A stretch of DNA of 64,000 nucleotides from an uncultured Victivallales bacterium (GCA_944390795.1 CALXRI010000010.1:537-64536); one strand, 5' to 3'. Shown: positions 29,944 through 39,194, numbered from the stretch's first letter. Made by a program: numbers and translations. The notes: generated from the sequence alone by a model not told the origin.

Positions 29944-31959
29944 TCAGGAATTCAATTCAACGAGCCGTACACCGCCGGATTCCACCCGGAGTGTCACCGT
30001 GCCGTTTCTGAGGGAAAGGCGACGGTTCCCGATCCGTTCAAAAGCCTCGCGGAAAGTGAATCCGTTCGGTTTGATCCGGATTTCTGTTTCCGCCGCGGGG
30101 TTGATCTTTTCCGCAGAATCGGCATATTTTGTCACCCCGCGGTTGTTGATCAGGTAAACCAGCCATCCTTTCCTTGTCCGGTTGAGTCCGTATTGAATGT
30201 CGCCGGAAACCGTGACGGGGAGAAGCTTTTTCAGCAGCTTTTCAAGCAGGGCCCCGATTTTCGGGAAGCGGATTTCGCCACGCATGGTGCCGTCAAGGGT
30301 GCCGGAGTGAAACGGCGGCAGAAAATCCGCAGGGAGCGTTAGGATCTTCCCTTTCCCGCTTTCCGAAATTCCCAGTTTCCGGTGTTCATCTGCCAGAATC
30401 AGTGTTCCGCCTTCTGCCGCGTATCGCTCCAGATCCGTGCGCAAAGTCTGCGAGGGCTTGTAATCTCCCAGAAGAACTGCAGCGGGATAGTTCCTGAGCG
30501 TATTGTAAAAATCATTCCGCCCGGGCACGTCCGGCGCCAGCACGTCAAACCCGTCGCCGAAGGGCGAATTGAAGAGGCATCCTTCCTCCCCGCGTTTCAA
30601 GGCTTCCGGACGGGCGTATGCGGGAATGACGGTTGCCAGCCACGCGTCGATCATGAAATCTCCGGGGGTATACGCAAAGCATCTCCAGGATTTTCCTCCC
30701 GTGGCCGGATACCCCTGGTTGAAGGGAATCAGCAGCGCGACCGGCGTATAAGGCACTCCCCGGTCGATGCGCTTCGTCAGAGTGTGGAAATTCACGACGA
30801 ATTCGCCTTCGGGTGAAAGTCTGACCGAATTCACTTTGTCCCAGTCCCATTCCAGATAGCTTCCCAGCCAGTTTTCCCGTTCAAAGAAGGAGGCCCCGGA
30901 AAGCCAGGCCAGCCATGTTCCGCGTTTCCGCAAGGAAAGAGACATGCCGCAGTCCGGTCCGGTCATTCCCTGATATTTCCCTCCGCGGGAAACATATTTC
31001 ACTTCGCTGTTGTTCCGCCATTTTCCTTCTGCGTCCGGTCCGTTGAAGAAGCTTGCCAGATACCATCCCCATGGAATTCCGAACTGACGTGCCGCGCCGC
31101 GGATGAAAAACATGCTGCTCTGCCAGCGGTAATAGGAATTGCCGTGACTGGTGTTGGTTGTCTCAAGCATGATCGAACGGACTCCCCAGGCCGCCGCCAT
31201 ATGCCCGAAGTTCCAGCCTGCATGCATGGAGACGAGATGATCCGGATCATTGAAATAAAGTTTCCGGAGCAGATCATACATTTTTCTTGTGCGCGCCAGC
31301 ATTTCATTCCGGTCCCCGGCAGGGGGGAAGCGTTTTTTCATCCCGGCATATTCCGCATCCGTAATGATTTTTCTTTTCCGTGCAAGATTCAGAAAATACT
31401 CGAAGCCGACCGTTTCATTGTCCCATTCGGAAAGACGGAAGCCGTAAAAGTTCGGGTGTGTCTCCAGCCATTTCCGATAAGCGGGGATGTCGTGCCGGAA
31501 GTCCTCTCCGAGCATTTTTCCCGGCAGCGTGCGGTTGCCGGAATAATCCACAAGGAACGGGAATGCCGCTTTCCTGGGTGAATCAGCATAGGCAGCCTGT
31601 TTCGGGTGCATCAGCTGATCCGCACGGATAAGTTCTGCGCCGGAAATGAAACGCCGGAAATTGCCGCTGCAGAGGTAGGTGAGCGCGGCATTCTTGAAAA
31701 AATCCAGCTTCCCGAGGCGCTGGTAATCCTCCGGGAGTTCTGTTTCCTCGCGGAACACTCCGGGAGCGACGAGATCTTTCCAGAATGCGCTGTCAGTCCA
31801 GCGCGCCGAGAAGAAAACCGTATAATTCCGTTTCATGATTTCCGGGATGCGCCATGCTTCCGGAACTGTTTCCGGAGACGCCGCGGGAAGCAGAAACGGC
31901 GCAAACAAGAGTGCGCATATGATGCCGGGAACGATTTTCCCTTGATATTCCGCATCCAT
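29944..31959 (-). CDS. Secreted hypothetical protein (671 aa), family unassigned
   Basis: Signal-peptide-like KIVPGIICALLFAPFLLPAAS, AGAGGA 8 nt upstream of the ATG, and only 9 nt from the downstream 883-aa gene. I recognise no family motif. Confidence 0.55.
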   Translation of the reverse strand: MDAEYQGKIVPGIICALLFAPFLLPAASPETVPEAWRIPEIMKRNYTVFFSARWTDSAFWKDLVAPGVFREETELPEDYQRLGKLDFFKNAALTYLCSGNFRRFISGAELIRADQLMHPKQAAYADSPRKAAFPFLVDYSGNRTLPGKMLGEDFRHDIPAYRKWLETHPNFYGFRLSEWDNETVGFEYFLNLARKRKIITDAEYAGMKKRFPPAGDRNEMLARTRKMYDLLRKLYFNDPDHLVSMHAGWNFGHMAAAWGVRSIMLETTNTSHGNSYYRWQSSMFFIRGAARQFGIPWGWYLASFFNGPDAEGKWRNNSEVKYVSRGGKYQGMTGPDCGMSLSLRKRGTWLAWLSGASFFERENWLGSYLEWDWDKVNSVRLSPEGEFVVNFHTLTKRIDRGVPYTPVALLIPFNQGYPATGGKSWRCFAYTPGDFMIDAWLATVIPAYARPEALKRGEEGCLFNSPFGDGFDVLAPDVPGRNDFYNTLRNYPAAVLLGDYKPSQTLRTDLERYAAEGGTLILADEHRKLGISESGKGKILTLPADFLPPFHSGTLDGTMRGEIRFPKIGALLEKLLKKLLPVTVSGDIQYGLNRTRKGWLVYLINNRGVTKYADSAEKINPAAETEIRIKPNGFTFREAFERIGNRRLSLRNGTVTLRVESGGVRLVELNS

Positions 31960-32037
31960 CTTTTTATCCTCTTCTGATATTTTAACGATCGACTTCGTTC
32001 CGGTGAATGAATTTCGGAAAACGTCCCTGTGCGCTTT

Positions 32038-32832
32038 TCAGAGATTTTCCACAGGTTTTGTGGTGGAGCTGTAAACACCCCAGGGCAGTTTCCAGATCTG
32101 GTAGCCGGCATGTGTGCCGGACATTCTTGCAAGTTCGCCTGCTTTCAGAGCGCCTGCATTGCCGCCGATAAACAGAACATTCGCCTGGTTCGCATGTTTT
32201 TTGATTCCCGGGGTATTGGCCAGCGGATTGAGCATGACGTCGAGCGTCTCGCCCTGGACAAGATAGTGGCCTGCAGTATGACTTTCCGGACCAATCGCCG
32301 AAAAAGCCGTTTCCGTAAGCAGAAGACGTTCTGAAAGTCTGGAGAGTTTCCTGATGTTCTGCTCCGCAAGATGGTGGTACATTCCGTATCCCAGATGGGA
32401 ATTCGCCTTGTTCAGGCAGAGATCCTTGGGGCATTGGAAGGTTTTCGGCTCTCGTTTGAGTGTGAAATAACTTGAGATGATGGATGTGTTGGAAGTCGTG
32501 TGGATGCCGAAATAAGGATAAAGCAGGAACGCCCAGGTCTGGGATTTTCCTTCCGAATCACTGATTTTGGGCGGAATGAAATCCTTGTAATCGGAAAAAT
32601 ACATGTTGAATGCAATGCCAAGTTGTTTTTCCTGATTCAGACATTGCGATTTTCTGGCTGTCTCCCGCGCCTGCTGCAATGCCGGAAGAAGCATTCCCGC
32701 CAGAACGGCGATGATTGAAATTACAATGAGAAGCTCGATCAATGTGAAAAAAACCGTATCCCCTGATTCCGGACTGATTCCGGACTGATTCCGGAATATG
32801 GTTCTGATTTTTCTGTTTTTCTGCCGCTGCAT
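32038..32832 (-). CDS. Prepilin-type N-terminal cleavage/methylation domain protein (type II secretion pseudopilin-like, DUF1559-like)
   Basis: The hallmark [29 protein letters not shown], then a C-terminal H-X9-GG block ([16 protein letters not shown]) resembling the H-X9-DG motif. The ATG at 32832 gives a 25-aa leader, and the residue at -1 is F rather than the usual G. Confidence 0.8.
   Translation of the reverse strand: MQRQKNRKIRTIFRNQSGISPESGDTVFFTLIELLIVISIIAVLAGMLLPALQQARETARKSQCLNQEKQLGIAFNMYFSDYKDFIPPKISDSEGKSQTWAFLLYPYFGIHTTSNTSIISSYFTLKREPKTFQCPKDLCLNKANSHLGYGMYHHLAEQNIRKLSRLSERLLLTETAFSAIGPESHTAGHYLVQGETLDVMLNPLANTPGIKKHANQANVLFIGGNAGALKAGELARMSGTHAGYQIWKLPWGVYSSTTKPVENL
32763..32795. 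repeat. Perfect tandem repeat, 11 nt x 3 (CTGATTCCGGA on the + strand), inside the pilin leader coding region
   Basis: Read directly: units at 32763-32773, 32774-32784 and 32785-32795 are identical. On the coding strand they encode [11 protein letters not shown]. Confidence 0.95.
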
Positions 32833-32873
32833 GAAAGTGTTCCTTTCCCTGATATGTTTTTCGATCCTGCCTT

Positions 32874-33869
32874 TCAGTCGTAAAGCTTCGGCGGAAGATA
32901 AATCCGACGGGACGGAGTTTCGGGAGCGGAAATTCTGCGGCACAGTTCTTCAACCCCGAGTTTCCCTGCCTCGAACCAGTTCAGCGCCAGCGTAGGGAGA
33001 TGCCTGCCGATCTCCCGTCCGAACAGCGGTTTCCCGTCCATGCAGAGAATATTGACGGGCGAGCCCGGATTTTTTCCGCCGGAAAAGATGTCTTTTCCCA
33101 TGTCCGTGACGGCATCTCCCCCGAAAAAGTAAAGAATTCCGGTATTTTTCCCGATGGCTTTCGTTTCGGCGTGTCCGGTGAACTCCGCTGTGACCGTTCC
33201 TCCGCGGGCGATCCAGGAATCTTTGAAAATTTTTTTCCTGAATTCGAAATTCAGCCGGTCATGACTGACCAGAATCAGGCTGCGGATGTTTTTCCGGAGG
33301 AAGTAGGCGCATGCCATTTCCGCCGCGCAGACCGGGTCCAGATCAATGATTGACATCCTGCCGCCGTAGGAATCGTGCATTCCGATCCCTACAGTCGGAA
33401 GGGAGAGATTCATCTCCCGCATGAACGCGTCGTATCCTCCGAGCAGAATGAGTCCGTCTGAATGTCTTGCGGCACGTGCAAGCGTCACTCCGGAGCAGGT
33501 GTCTGCAAACAGGATTTTCCGTGAAATGGCCAGACCGGCCTGTTTGGCCGCCTTGCGGACTCCGGCGAATGCGAGTGCAGTGAGCGAGTGCGTCAGGGCC
33601 GTTCCGAATTCGACGCTGACAACGGTGATGCGTCCGTGCGCCTCTCCCCGCATGCTTTTCGAAACGCGGGTTCCGCTCCCGCGGTATGATTCCAGCACCC
33701 CTCTGTCGCGCAGAAGGGAGAAGGCTTTCCGCACCGTATTCAGGGAATAGCCTGTCTGTGCCATAAGGCGCCGTATGGACGGAAGCGTTTCTCCCTCCTG
33801 GAAGACGCCGCAGTCGATTTTCCCCTCGATCATTTCCGCCAGACGGCGGTATTTTGCGGTCTGCCTCAT
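32874..33869 (-). CDS. Transcriptional regulator: GntR-type winged HTH fused to a LacI/PBP-type sugar-binding domain
   Basis: N-terminal [41 protein letters not shown] (GntR HTH), followed by a periplasmic-binding-protein-like domain of about 260 aa. The ATG at 33869 overlaps the upstream gene's stop (ATGA). Confidence 0.8.
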   Translation of the reverse strand: MRQTAKYRRLAEMIEGKIDCGVFQEGETLPSIRRLMAQTGYSLNTVRKAFSLLRDRGVLESYRGSGTRVSKSMRGEAHGRITVVSVEFGTALTHSLTALAFAGVRKAAKQAGLAISRKILFADTCSGVTLARAARHSDGLILLGGYDAFMREMNLSLPTVGIGMHDSYGGRMSIIDLDPVCAAEMACAYFLRKNIRSLILVSHDRLNFEFRKKIFKDSWIARGGTVTAEFTGHAETKAIGKNTGILYFFGGDAVTDMGKDIFSGGKNPGSPVNILCMDGKPLFGREIGRHLPTLALNWFEAGKLGVEELCRRISAPETPSRRIYLPPKLYD

Positions 33870-35665
33870 GATTTCCCTTTCCCTTTTCCTTTCTGTGAAA
33901 GCATGGCGGATGCCGCTGCGGGAGCGCATGCCGTCTGTTCCGGGAACATCCTGATGCTGTGTGCCTCGCCCCAGGACTCCAGAGTCCGCGCGATTACGCG
34001 GCGCAGACGGATATCGTCGCGCATGAACATATCCGTGGTTCCCTTGAGGCATGCCTCCAGCTTCCATTCCGGATCCTCCGCATGGAGCCGGAGGATGGAT
34101 GCAACCCGTCCGCGCATTTCCGGATGCGCTTCCCCGATTTTCAACAGTGCGGAAGCCGCAAGCATATGGCTGTCATGGCGGTTCCCGCCTGGATTTTCCT
34201 CCTCGAGGACGCCGGCAAGCAGATCGCAGGAATGTCTGTCGCGCATCAGTCCGAGCAGGCAGATCGCGCCGCATCCGCGCGGATAGTTGTATTTCCGGCT
34301 TGTTTCCGGTGTGTACCGATCGCGTTCCCGCACCATTTCCCGCAGTTCATGCAGAGCAGCCGGATTTCTTCTCATGGCAAGTGCGAAGGCGCTGTGGCGC
34401 CTCAATTCACTGCCTTCCGGTGCGGCGTTCATGCGCCGGATCAGTTCCGCATCGGATGGAAGATTGCCCCATTTCGCACTCCAGAGTCCTCTTCCCGGCG
34501 CCGGCGAGTCGAGAAGGCGGAAGACTTCCGATTCGTTCAGATCGTAAAGAGATTGTGTCGTCTCCATCAGTTCCGGTTCCAGAATGCAGTGCGGCTTCAG
34601 CTCGGAGTAGGGGACGTTTTCCGGAGGGATGTTCTTTTCCGCCGCCAGCGCGGCGAGGATTCCTGCCGCGCGCCCGAGCCTGATCATGGCGCCGTTCATC
34701 CGGATTCCGCTGGCGAGGTCATGATCCACTCCCAGGCAGCGGCCTGCAACCAGAATTCCAGGTACATTGACGGAAAACACAGTGCGAAGAGGCACCGGGA
34801 ATCCCAGTGTGAATCCCCACATGGAAGCCGCAATCATCCATTCCTGGAAAAGTCCGCTTTCCAGAGCGATGTCGCGTGCGTGCGTATCAAGATTGGACGA
34901 CGTGAACAGCAGGGGATCGGTCACGGGCGTCCGGCTGAAAAACTCATGCAGGGTATAGAGTCCGCCGGGGGGAACGATATGCACGCCTTCACGCACTCCG
35001 GGAAGTTCCACGGGACAGAGCAGAAACGGCTCCGCCCCATAATCGTCCTTCCGATGGGCGGACATGGTTTTCAGGAGAGTTTCCGAATATTCCTCCGTAT
35101 TGTAGGGGTTGATCCGTCCCGCATCGAATGTGGTTGCAAAGACTTCCCTGCCGGGATAGGGGCGCAGCATCGTATTGGTGAACGGCTGGAATGCCCCGTC
35201 CGAAGCTCGTCCCGAAACGACACGGCACCCCGCCATGCAGCAGAAGAACCCTTCCGCCGTGGCATCAATCAGGACGTGCGCCGATGCTTCATGCGTCATT
35301 CCCGCTTCGAGATAGCGGACCCCCGTGACGCGTCCTCCTGTTTTCAGCGCCGCGGTCGGAACGCTTTGATAATGGATTTCGACGCCGGATTTCATGGCGA
35401 GCTCTTCCAGGTTGTGCTTTTTCCGTTCCGAAAGTCCCGGCAGGAAATCTTTTTCCGGAACAGACCGGTTGAATTGATCCGCTTCACTCAGTGTGCCACA
35501 TGGCGCCTTGTCATAATACGATCCGACACCGCCCGCCGTGTGCGTTCCACCGGGGGTGGTGCCTCGCTCCAGAACCAGAACGGATGCCCCGAATTCCGCA
35601 GCATGGATGGCCGCCATGCTCCCGGCTGTTCCGAATCCGACCACAATGCAGTCATAATGTTTCAT
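33866..35665 (-). CDS. FAD-dependent oxidoreductase (FAD_oxidored/GIDA-like N-terminus) with a C-terminal HEAT/ARM-like repeat region
   Basis: YDCIVVGFGTAGSMAAIHAAEFGASVLVLERGTTPGG dinucleotide-binding motif. The C-terminal 200 aa or so are helical repeats (ALLKIGEAHPEMRGRVASILRLHAEDPEW). No signal peptide. Confidence 0.7.
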   Translation of the reverse strand: MKHYDCIVVGFGTAGSMAAIHAAEFGASVLVLERGTTPGGTHTAGGVGSYYDKAPCGTLSEADQFNRSVPEKDFLPGLSERKKHNLEELAMKSGVEIHYQSVPTAALKTGGRVTGVRYLEAGMTHEASAHVLIDATAEGFFCCMAGCRVVSGRASDGAFQPFTNTMLRPYPGREVFATTFDAGRINPYNTEEYSETLLKTMSAHRKDDYGAEPFLLCPVELPGVREGVHIVPPGGLYTLHEFFSRTPVTDPLLFTSSNLDTHARDIALESGLFQEWMIAASMWGFTLGFPVPLRTVFSVNVPGILVAGRCLGVDHDLASGIRMNGAMIRLGRAAGILAALAAEKNIPPENVPYSELKPHCILEPELMETTQSLYDLNESEVFRLLDSPAPGRGLWSAKWGNLPSDAELIRRMNAAPEGSELRRHSAFALAMRRNPAALHELREMVRERDRYTPETSRKYNYPRGCGAICLLGLMRDRHSCDLLAGVLEEENPGGNRHDSHMLAASALLKIGEAHPEMRGRVASILRLHAEDPEWKLEACLKGTTDMFMRDDIRLRRVIARTLESWGEAHSIRMFPEQTACAPAAASAMLSQKGKGKGKS

Positions 35666-36387
35666 TTTGCGGCTTCTCCATCGAGGAGCCCTGCATTCAG
35701 GGCATGAATCGGTCCTTCCTGGCTGTTATGGGAAAACGCCGCCGCGCTCCATGCGATTTTCCCTGCCGCGAGCTCTGGCTCCCGGCTGTTCCAGAGCATG
35801 CGGAGTTTCCGTCTGGCGTCCGTCCACGTGTCGGAAGGCTCCAGTTCGATGGAAAGAACCGCATAACCGGGAATCGCACTTGCGCAAAGTGTGAATCCGG
35901 GGAAAGTTCCGCATATCACGCCCGTTCCGCGGAAATCAATCAGTGCGCGGAAAATTTTTCCTCCGTCTGTCTGGCGCTTCCTTAGATCATGGAACCGCCT
36001 GCATCTCACCTCCCGGATTCCTTCGCCGCCGGCAAGAAGAAGTGCTCCTTCCCCCGAAAGGAACAAGGCTGAGTTCAGACAGACTTTCACTTCGGTCTGC
36101 AGAAGCCATGCGTAAAGTTCAGGGGCGAGTGCGCCCGGATGGAGCAGACCCTCTCTGGTATAGGCGTTTCTTGCGAGAAGAGAAGCCTGAAATTGTGCCG
36201 CAAGCGGATGCGGCCCGGCGGAGAAATGCTCTCTGCGGTACTGCTCCAGTGAAAGGAGGAAATCGGCACCCGGCACATTGTTTTCCTCGACCAGCACGGC
36301 ATCCGGAATCGCCGCGGCGAAACCGCATCCGTAAAGACCGCCTCCGGCGACCAGTGTTCCGCATTCCAGAACTTGTGAATTCCGCAT
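35662..36387 (-). CDS. Hypothetical protein with a degenerate Rossmann/FAD-like N-terminus (short paralog-like partner of the downstream oxidoreductase)
   Basis: LVAGGGLYGCGFAAAIPDAVLVEEN resembles a GxGxxG FAD motif. There is an ATGA overlap with the 599-aa gene, AAGGA upstream of the ATG, and a consensus promoter just upstream. Confidence 0.5.
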   Translation of the reverse strand: MRNSQVLECGTLVAGGGLYGCGFAAAIPDAVLVEENNVPGADFLLSLEQYRREHFSAGPHPLAAQFQASLLARNAYTREGLLHPGALAPELYAWLLQTEVKVCLNSALFLSGEGALLLAGGEGIREVRCRRFHDLRKRQTDGGKIFRALIDFRGTGVICGTFPGFTLCASAIPGYAVLSIELEPSDTWTDARRKLRMLWNSREPELAAGKIAWSAAAFSHNSQEGPIHALNAGLLDGEAAK

Positions 36388-36410
36388 GACAGCTTGTCCT
36401 TTCCCGGGAT

Positions 36411-36439
36411 ATAATACAATTCAGGAATCCGGATTTCAA
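36411..36439 (-). promoter_or_regulatory. Sigma70-type promoter candidate for the 36387-27283 locus
   Basis: On the minus strand: TTGAAA (36439-36434), a 17-nt spacer, then TATTAT (36416-36411), 24 nt upstream of the ATG at 36387. Confidence 0.45.
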
Positions 36440-37057
36440 CATCCCGGTTTCTGAAAAGTGTTCTCTTTTTTCCCCTGGCGTCTTTTCCGGCGGCATTCTC
36501 CGGTCCGCTTTCTTTCATGTTCTCTTTATGTCCCTTATTTTCAAGATTATGCAATTTAAGTTCTTTTGTCTTTTCTGTCATTTTCTGTGCAGGAAGGAGG
36601 AATGGGGAAAGGCTGTCCTTTCCGGGGGAGAATCTTCCGTCCGTCTTGAAGCGTATCACTTTTTTTATCGGACGGATCTTGTTTTTTCCATGCCCGGACA
36701 CTCCGAAATCATTGATTCCCCGGATACGGAATTCTTTCGCTTACCCGCGTGAAAATGCGGATGTCCGTCTCCCCGGTCCGCGACTCTTTGCCTGATTTCC
36801 GGAAGATGGAACGTTCCGCGGCGCTCGTCCGGGAAAACACGGTTCAATGAAGAAAATTCCCCGGTTCGCCCCGCGGCAAAGGGAAAACGGCCCGGAAAAA
36901 GAGTCCTGCTGCCTTTTCGGCTGGTGAACGCCTGATCCGCAGGCATTGCGCGCCGCGGGAAAAAACTCTTCGGCGAATCCTGCAAATCGCGCTTGCATAA
37001 ACGGCGCTTCCGCGCTATCTTTCGGCGTTGAATCGGAGAAACTGAACGGGAGCGGAC

Positions 37058-39091
37058 ATGATTGAAATTGCGGAACACGAGGAATGCTTCTTCCGGGAAG
37101 TCAAAAGCTGCTGCCTGAACAACACGCGCGCATTCTTTTCGGAAGATACGCCGCTCAAAGACGCACCCGCGTACGGCGGTCGTCCCTATGAGCGCCGGAT
37201 TCAGCAGGAACTCATGGCATCCGCCGTTGCGGAGGCGTTTGAGAAAAACGCCAATCTCTGCGTGGAGGCGCCGACGGGCGTCGGCAAGAGTTTCGCCTAC
37301 CTGATTCCGGCGGTTTACCACGCGCTTTCCGTCCGCCGTCCGGTGCTGGTGACGACCGAGACGATCAATCTTCAGGAGCAGCTGGTGCGCAAGGACCTTC
37401 CGCTTCTGAAGGATCTCATGAAACTCAATTTTTCCTATGTGATCGCAGTCGGACGCGCCAACTATCTCTGCCGCCGCCGCCTTGCGCTCGCTCTGGGGGA
37501 GCACCGCGACGAGTTCCTTCCGGTTGCCGGGTTTGAATCGGACGCGGCGCAGGTCGCGCGCTGGGCGGAGACTTCCGAAACCGGATTCTATTCCGATCTT
37601 CCGTTCAAACTGGAACGCGGCGTATGGAACTGCCTGTGCAGCGAAACCGCGTCCTGCGGCGGACCGTCCTGCCGCTTTTTCCGTTCCTGCTTCTACTGGC
37701 GGGCGCGCAGGGAATGGGACAAGGCGGACATCGTCGTCACCAATCACGCGCTTTTTTTCGTCGATCTCAAAATGCGTGCTCTGGAGCATCAGGAAGCCAC
37801 GCCGCTGCCCGACTATTCCGCTGTCGTGTTCGACGAAGCGCATACGCTGGAGGACAACGCCGCGAAACATCTGGGACTTCATCTGACCTCGTCCGCGGTC
37901 CGCTTTTTCCTGAACCGCCTCTACAATCCGAACAGCGGGCGCGGCCTGCTGGTCCGGCCGGGGGAGTCCTCGATGGTCGTGCGCGGCCTCATTGCAAGGA
38001 TCCATGAACTTTCCGACGCGTTTTTCGGCCAGTTCGAGGAGCCGCTCGAACGTTTCCCCGACCGCTGCATGCGGATCCGCCGGCTCGGCCAGTTCGAGGA
38101 CAATCTTTCCGCATCGTTCCGTGAGCTGGAGAAAGTGCTTCAGAACTATACCGACGAGCAGGAAAACGAAGAGTTCAAAACGGAACTCCGCGCCCAGATC
38201 GACCGGTGTCTTGCCCTGAGCGACTCCATTTCCGACTTCATTTCGCAGGGCCGGGCGGAATATGTCTACTGGGCGGAGGAGAAGCGCGGCTCCTTTACGG
38301 GAAACAATATCATCGAACTGTATTCCGCCCCGCTGAACGTGCCGGACATCCTGAAAGGGGCGCTGTTCACACAGACATTTCCGGTCGTTCTCACCAGCGC
38401 GACGCTTGCTGTGAACGGAAATCTGGAGTATTTCAAGCGGCGTGTCGGCTTCTGCGACGGTTCGGACCTGATTCTTGACTCGCCGTTTGACTACCGGACC
38501 CAGGTGAAGCTGTATCTGGCGCGCACCATGCCGCTGCCGTCCGAGTCGAATTACAACGAAGCGGCGGCACGGGCAATCCGGGATTTTGTCGATTTCACAA
38601 AAGGTCGCGCCTTTGTGCTTTTTACGAATTACGGCATGCTCCGTTTCTGCGCGGATGCGCTCGGTCCGGCATTCCGGAACGCCGGCTATCAGCTTCTGAT
38701 CCATGGGGAATCGCTTTCCCGGACCGCGATGCTCAACGAGTTCAGGCAGAGCAGAAACGGCGTCATCTTCGGCGCGCAGAGCTTCTGGACCGGCGTGGAC
38801 GTTCCCGGCGACGCCCTGAGCAATGTCATTATCACAAAACTGCCGTTCGCCGTTCCGAACCATCCGCTGATCGAGGCGCGCTGCGATCGGATCCGGGCCG
38901 CCGGCGGTCGTCCGTTCGAGGAATACACGATTCCGGACGCGGTTCTGATGTTCCGCCAGGGAATCGGGCGCCTGATCCGGAGCAGGACCGACCGCGGCAT
39001 CATCGTGGTTCTTGATCCGCGCATGGTTTCAAAATCCTACGGCAGAATTTTTCTGAACTCCATTCCTCGCTGTCCGGTGGAATATTTCTGA
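37058..39091 (+). CDS. dinG: ATP-dependent DNA helicase, DinG/XPD-like (superfamily 2, Fe-S type)
   Basis: Walker A EAPTGVGKSFAYL, DEAH box FDEAHTLED, four Cys in the insertion (CLCSETASCGGPSCRFFRSC), and C-terminal helicase motifs (FWTGVDVPG, QGIGRLIR). Confidence 0.8.
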   Translation: MIEIAEHEECFFREVKSCCLNNTRAFFSEDTPLKDAPAYGGRPYERRIQQELMASAVAEAFEKNANLCVEAPTGVGKSFAYLIPAVYHALSVRRPVLVTTETINLQEQLVRKDLPLLKDLMKLNFSYVIAVGRANYLCRRRLALALGEHRDEFLPVAGFESDAAQVARWAETSETGFYSDLPFKLERGVWNCLCSETASCGGPSCRFFRSCFYWRARREWDKADIVVTNHALFFVDLKMRALEHQEATPLPDYSAVVFDEAHTLEDNAAKHLGLHLTSSAVRFFLNRLYNPNSGRGLLVRPGESSMVVRGLIARIHELSDAFFGQFEEPLERFPDRCMRIRRLGQFEDNLSASFRELEKVLQNYTDEQENEEFKTELRAQIDRCLALSDSISDFISQGRAEYVYWAEEKRGSFTGNNIIELYSAPLNVPDILKGALFTQTFPVVLTSATLAVNGNLEYFKRRVGFCDGSDLILDSPFDYRTQVKLYLARTMPLPSESNYNEAAARAIRDFVDFTKGRAFVLFTNYGMLRFCADALGPAFRNAGYQLLIHGESLSRTAMLNEFRQSRNGVIFGAQSFWTGVDVPGDALSNVIITKLPFAVPNHPLIEARCDRIRAAGGRPFEEYTIPDAVLMFRQGIGRLIRSRTDRGIIVVLDPRMVSKSYGRIFLNSIPRCPVEYF

Positions 39092-39123
39092 ATACGCTCT
39101 TCCGCGATGCTCCGGCTTCCGAT

Positions 39124-39152
39124 TTGCAAAAACGGGAATGCCGCTGTATAAT
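39124..39152 (+). promoter_or_regulatory. Sigma70-type promoter candidate for the two-component operon
   Basis: TTGCAA (39124-39129), a 17-nt spacer, then TATAAT (39147-39152), about 40 nt upstream of the response-regulator ATG. Confidence 0.5.
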
Positions 39153-39194
39153 AAGAATCCGGAAAACACCGCAAGCAATGGAGGAGATCATGTC

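Noticed and set aside
33959-35707. A 582-aa ORF antisense to the FAD-oxidoreductase gene. Similar cases are 10191-11666, 25982-27481, 39000-40313, 40506-41663, 49847-51517 and 54575-56281.
   Set aside because: All lie opposite genes with clear family motifs, lack SD-linked starts, and have the R/G/A/P-rich composition typical of out-of-frame or antisense translation of GC-rich DNA.
36087-36701. A lysine-rich 204-aa minus-strand ORF spanning the promoter region and the start of the 241-aa gene.
   Set aside because: It runs through the predicted promoter and overlaps the 241-aa gene in another frame. It has no SD, and the Lys-richness only reflects the T-rich + strand.
36665-38863. A 732-aa ORF antisense to dinG, the longest spurious ORF in the window.
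   Set aside because: It has no motifs and R/G/A-rich composition, and it overlaps the helicase, which has clear Walker A, DEAH and Fe-S motifs.
37058-39091. The DinG-like helicase, considered as part of a defence system (DinG homologs occur in type IV CRISPR and other anti-phage systems).
   Set aside because: It has standard housekeeping DinG architecture and its own promoter. It has no associated nuclease, Cas or methylase genes, and its neighbours are unrelated.
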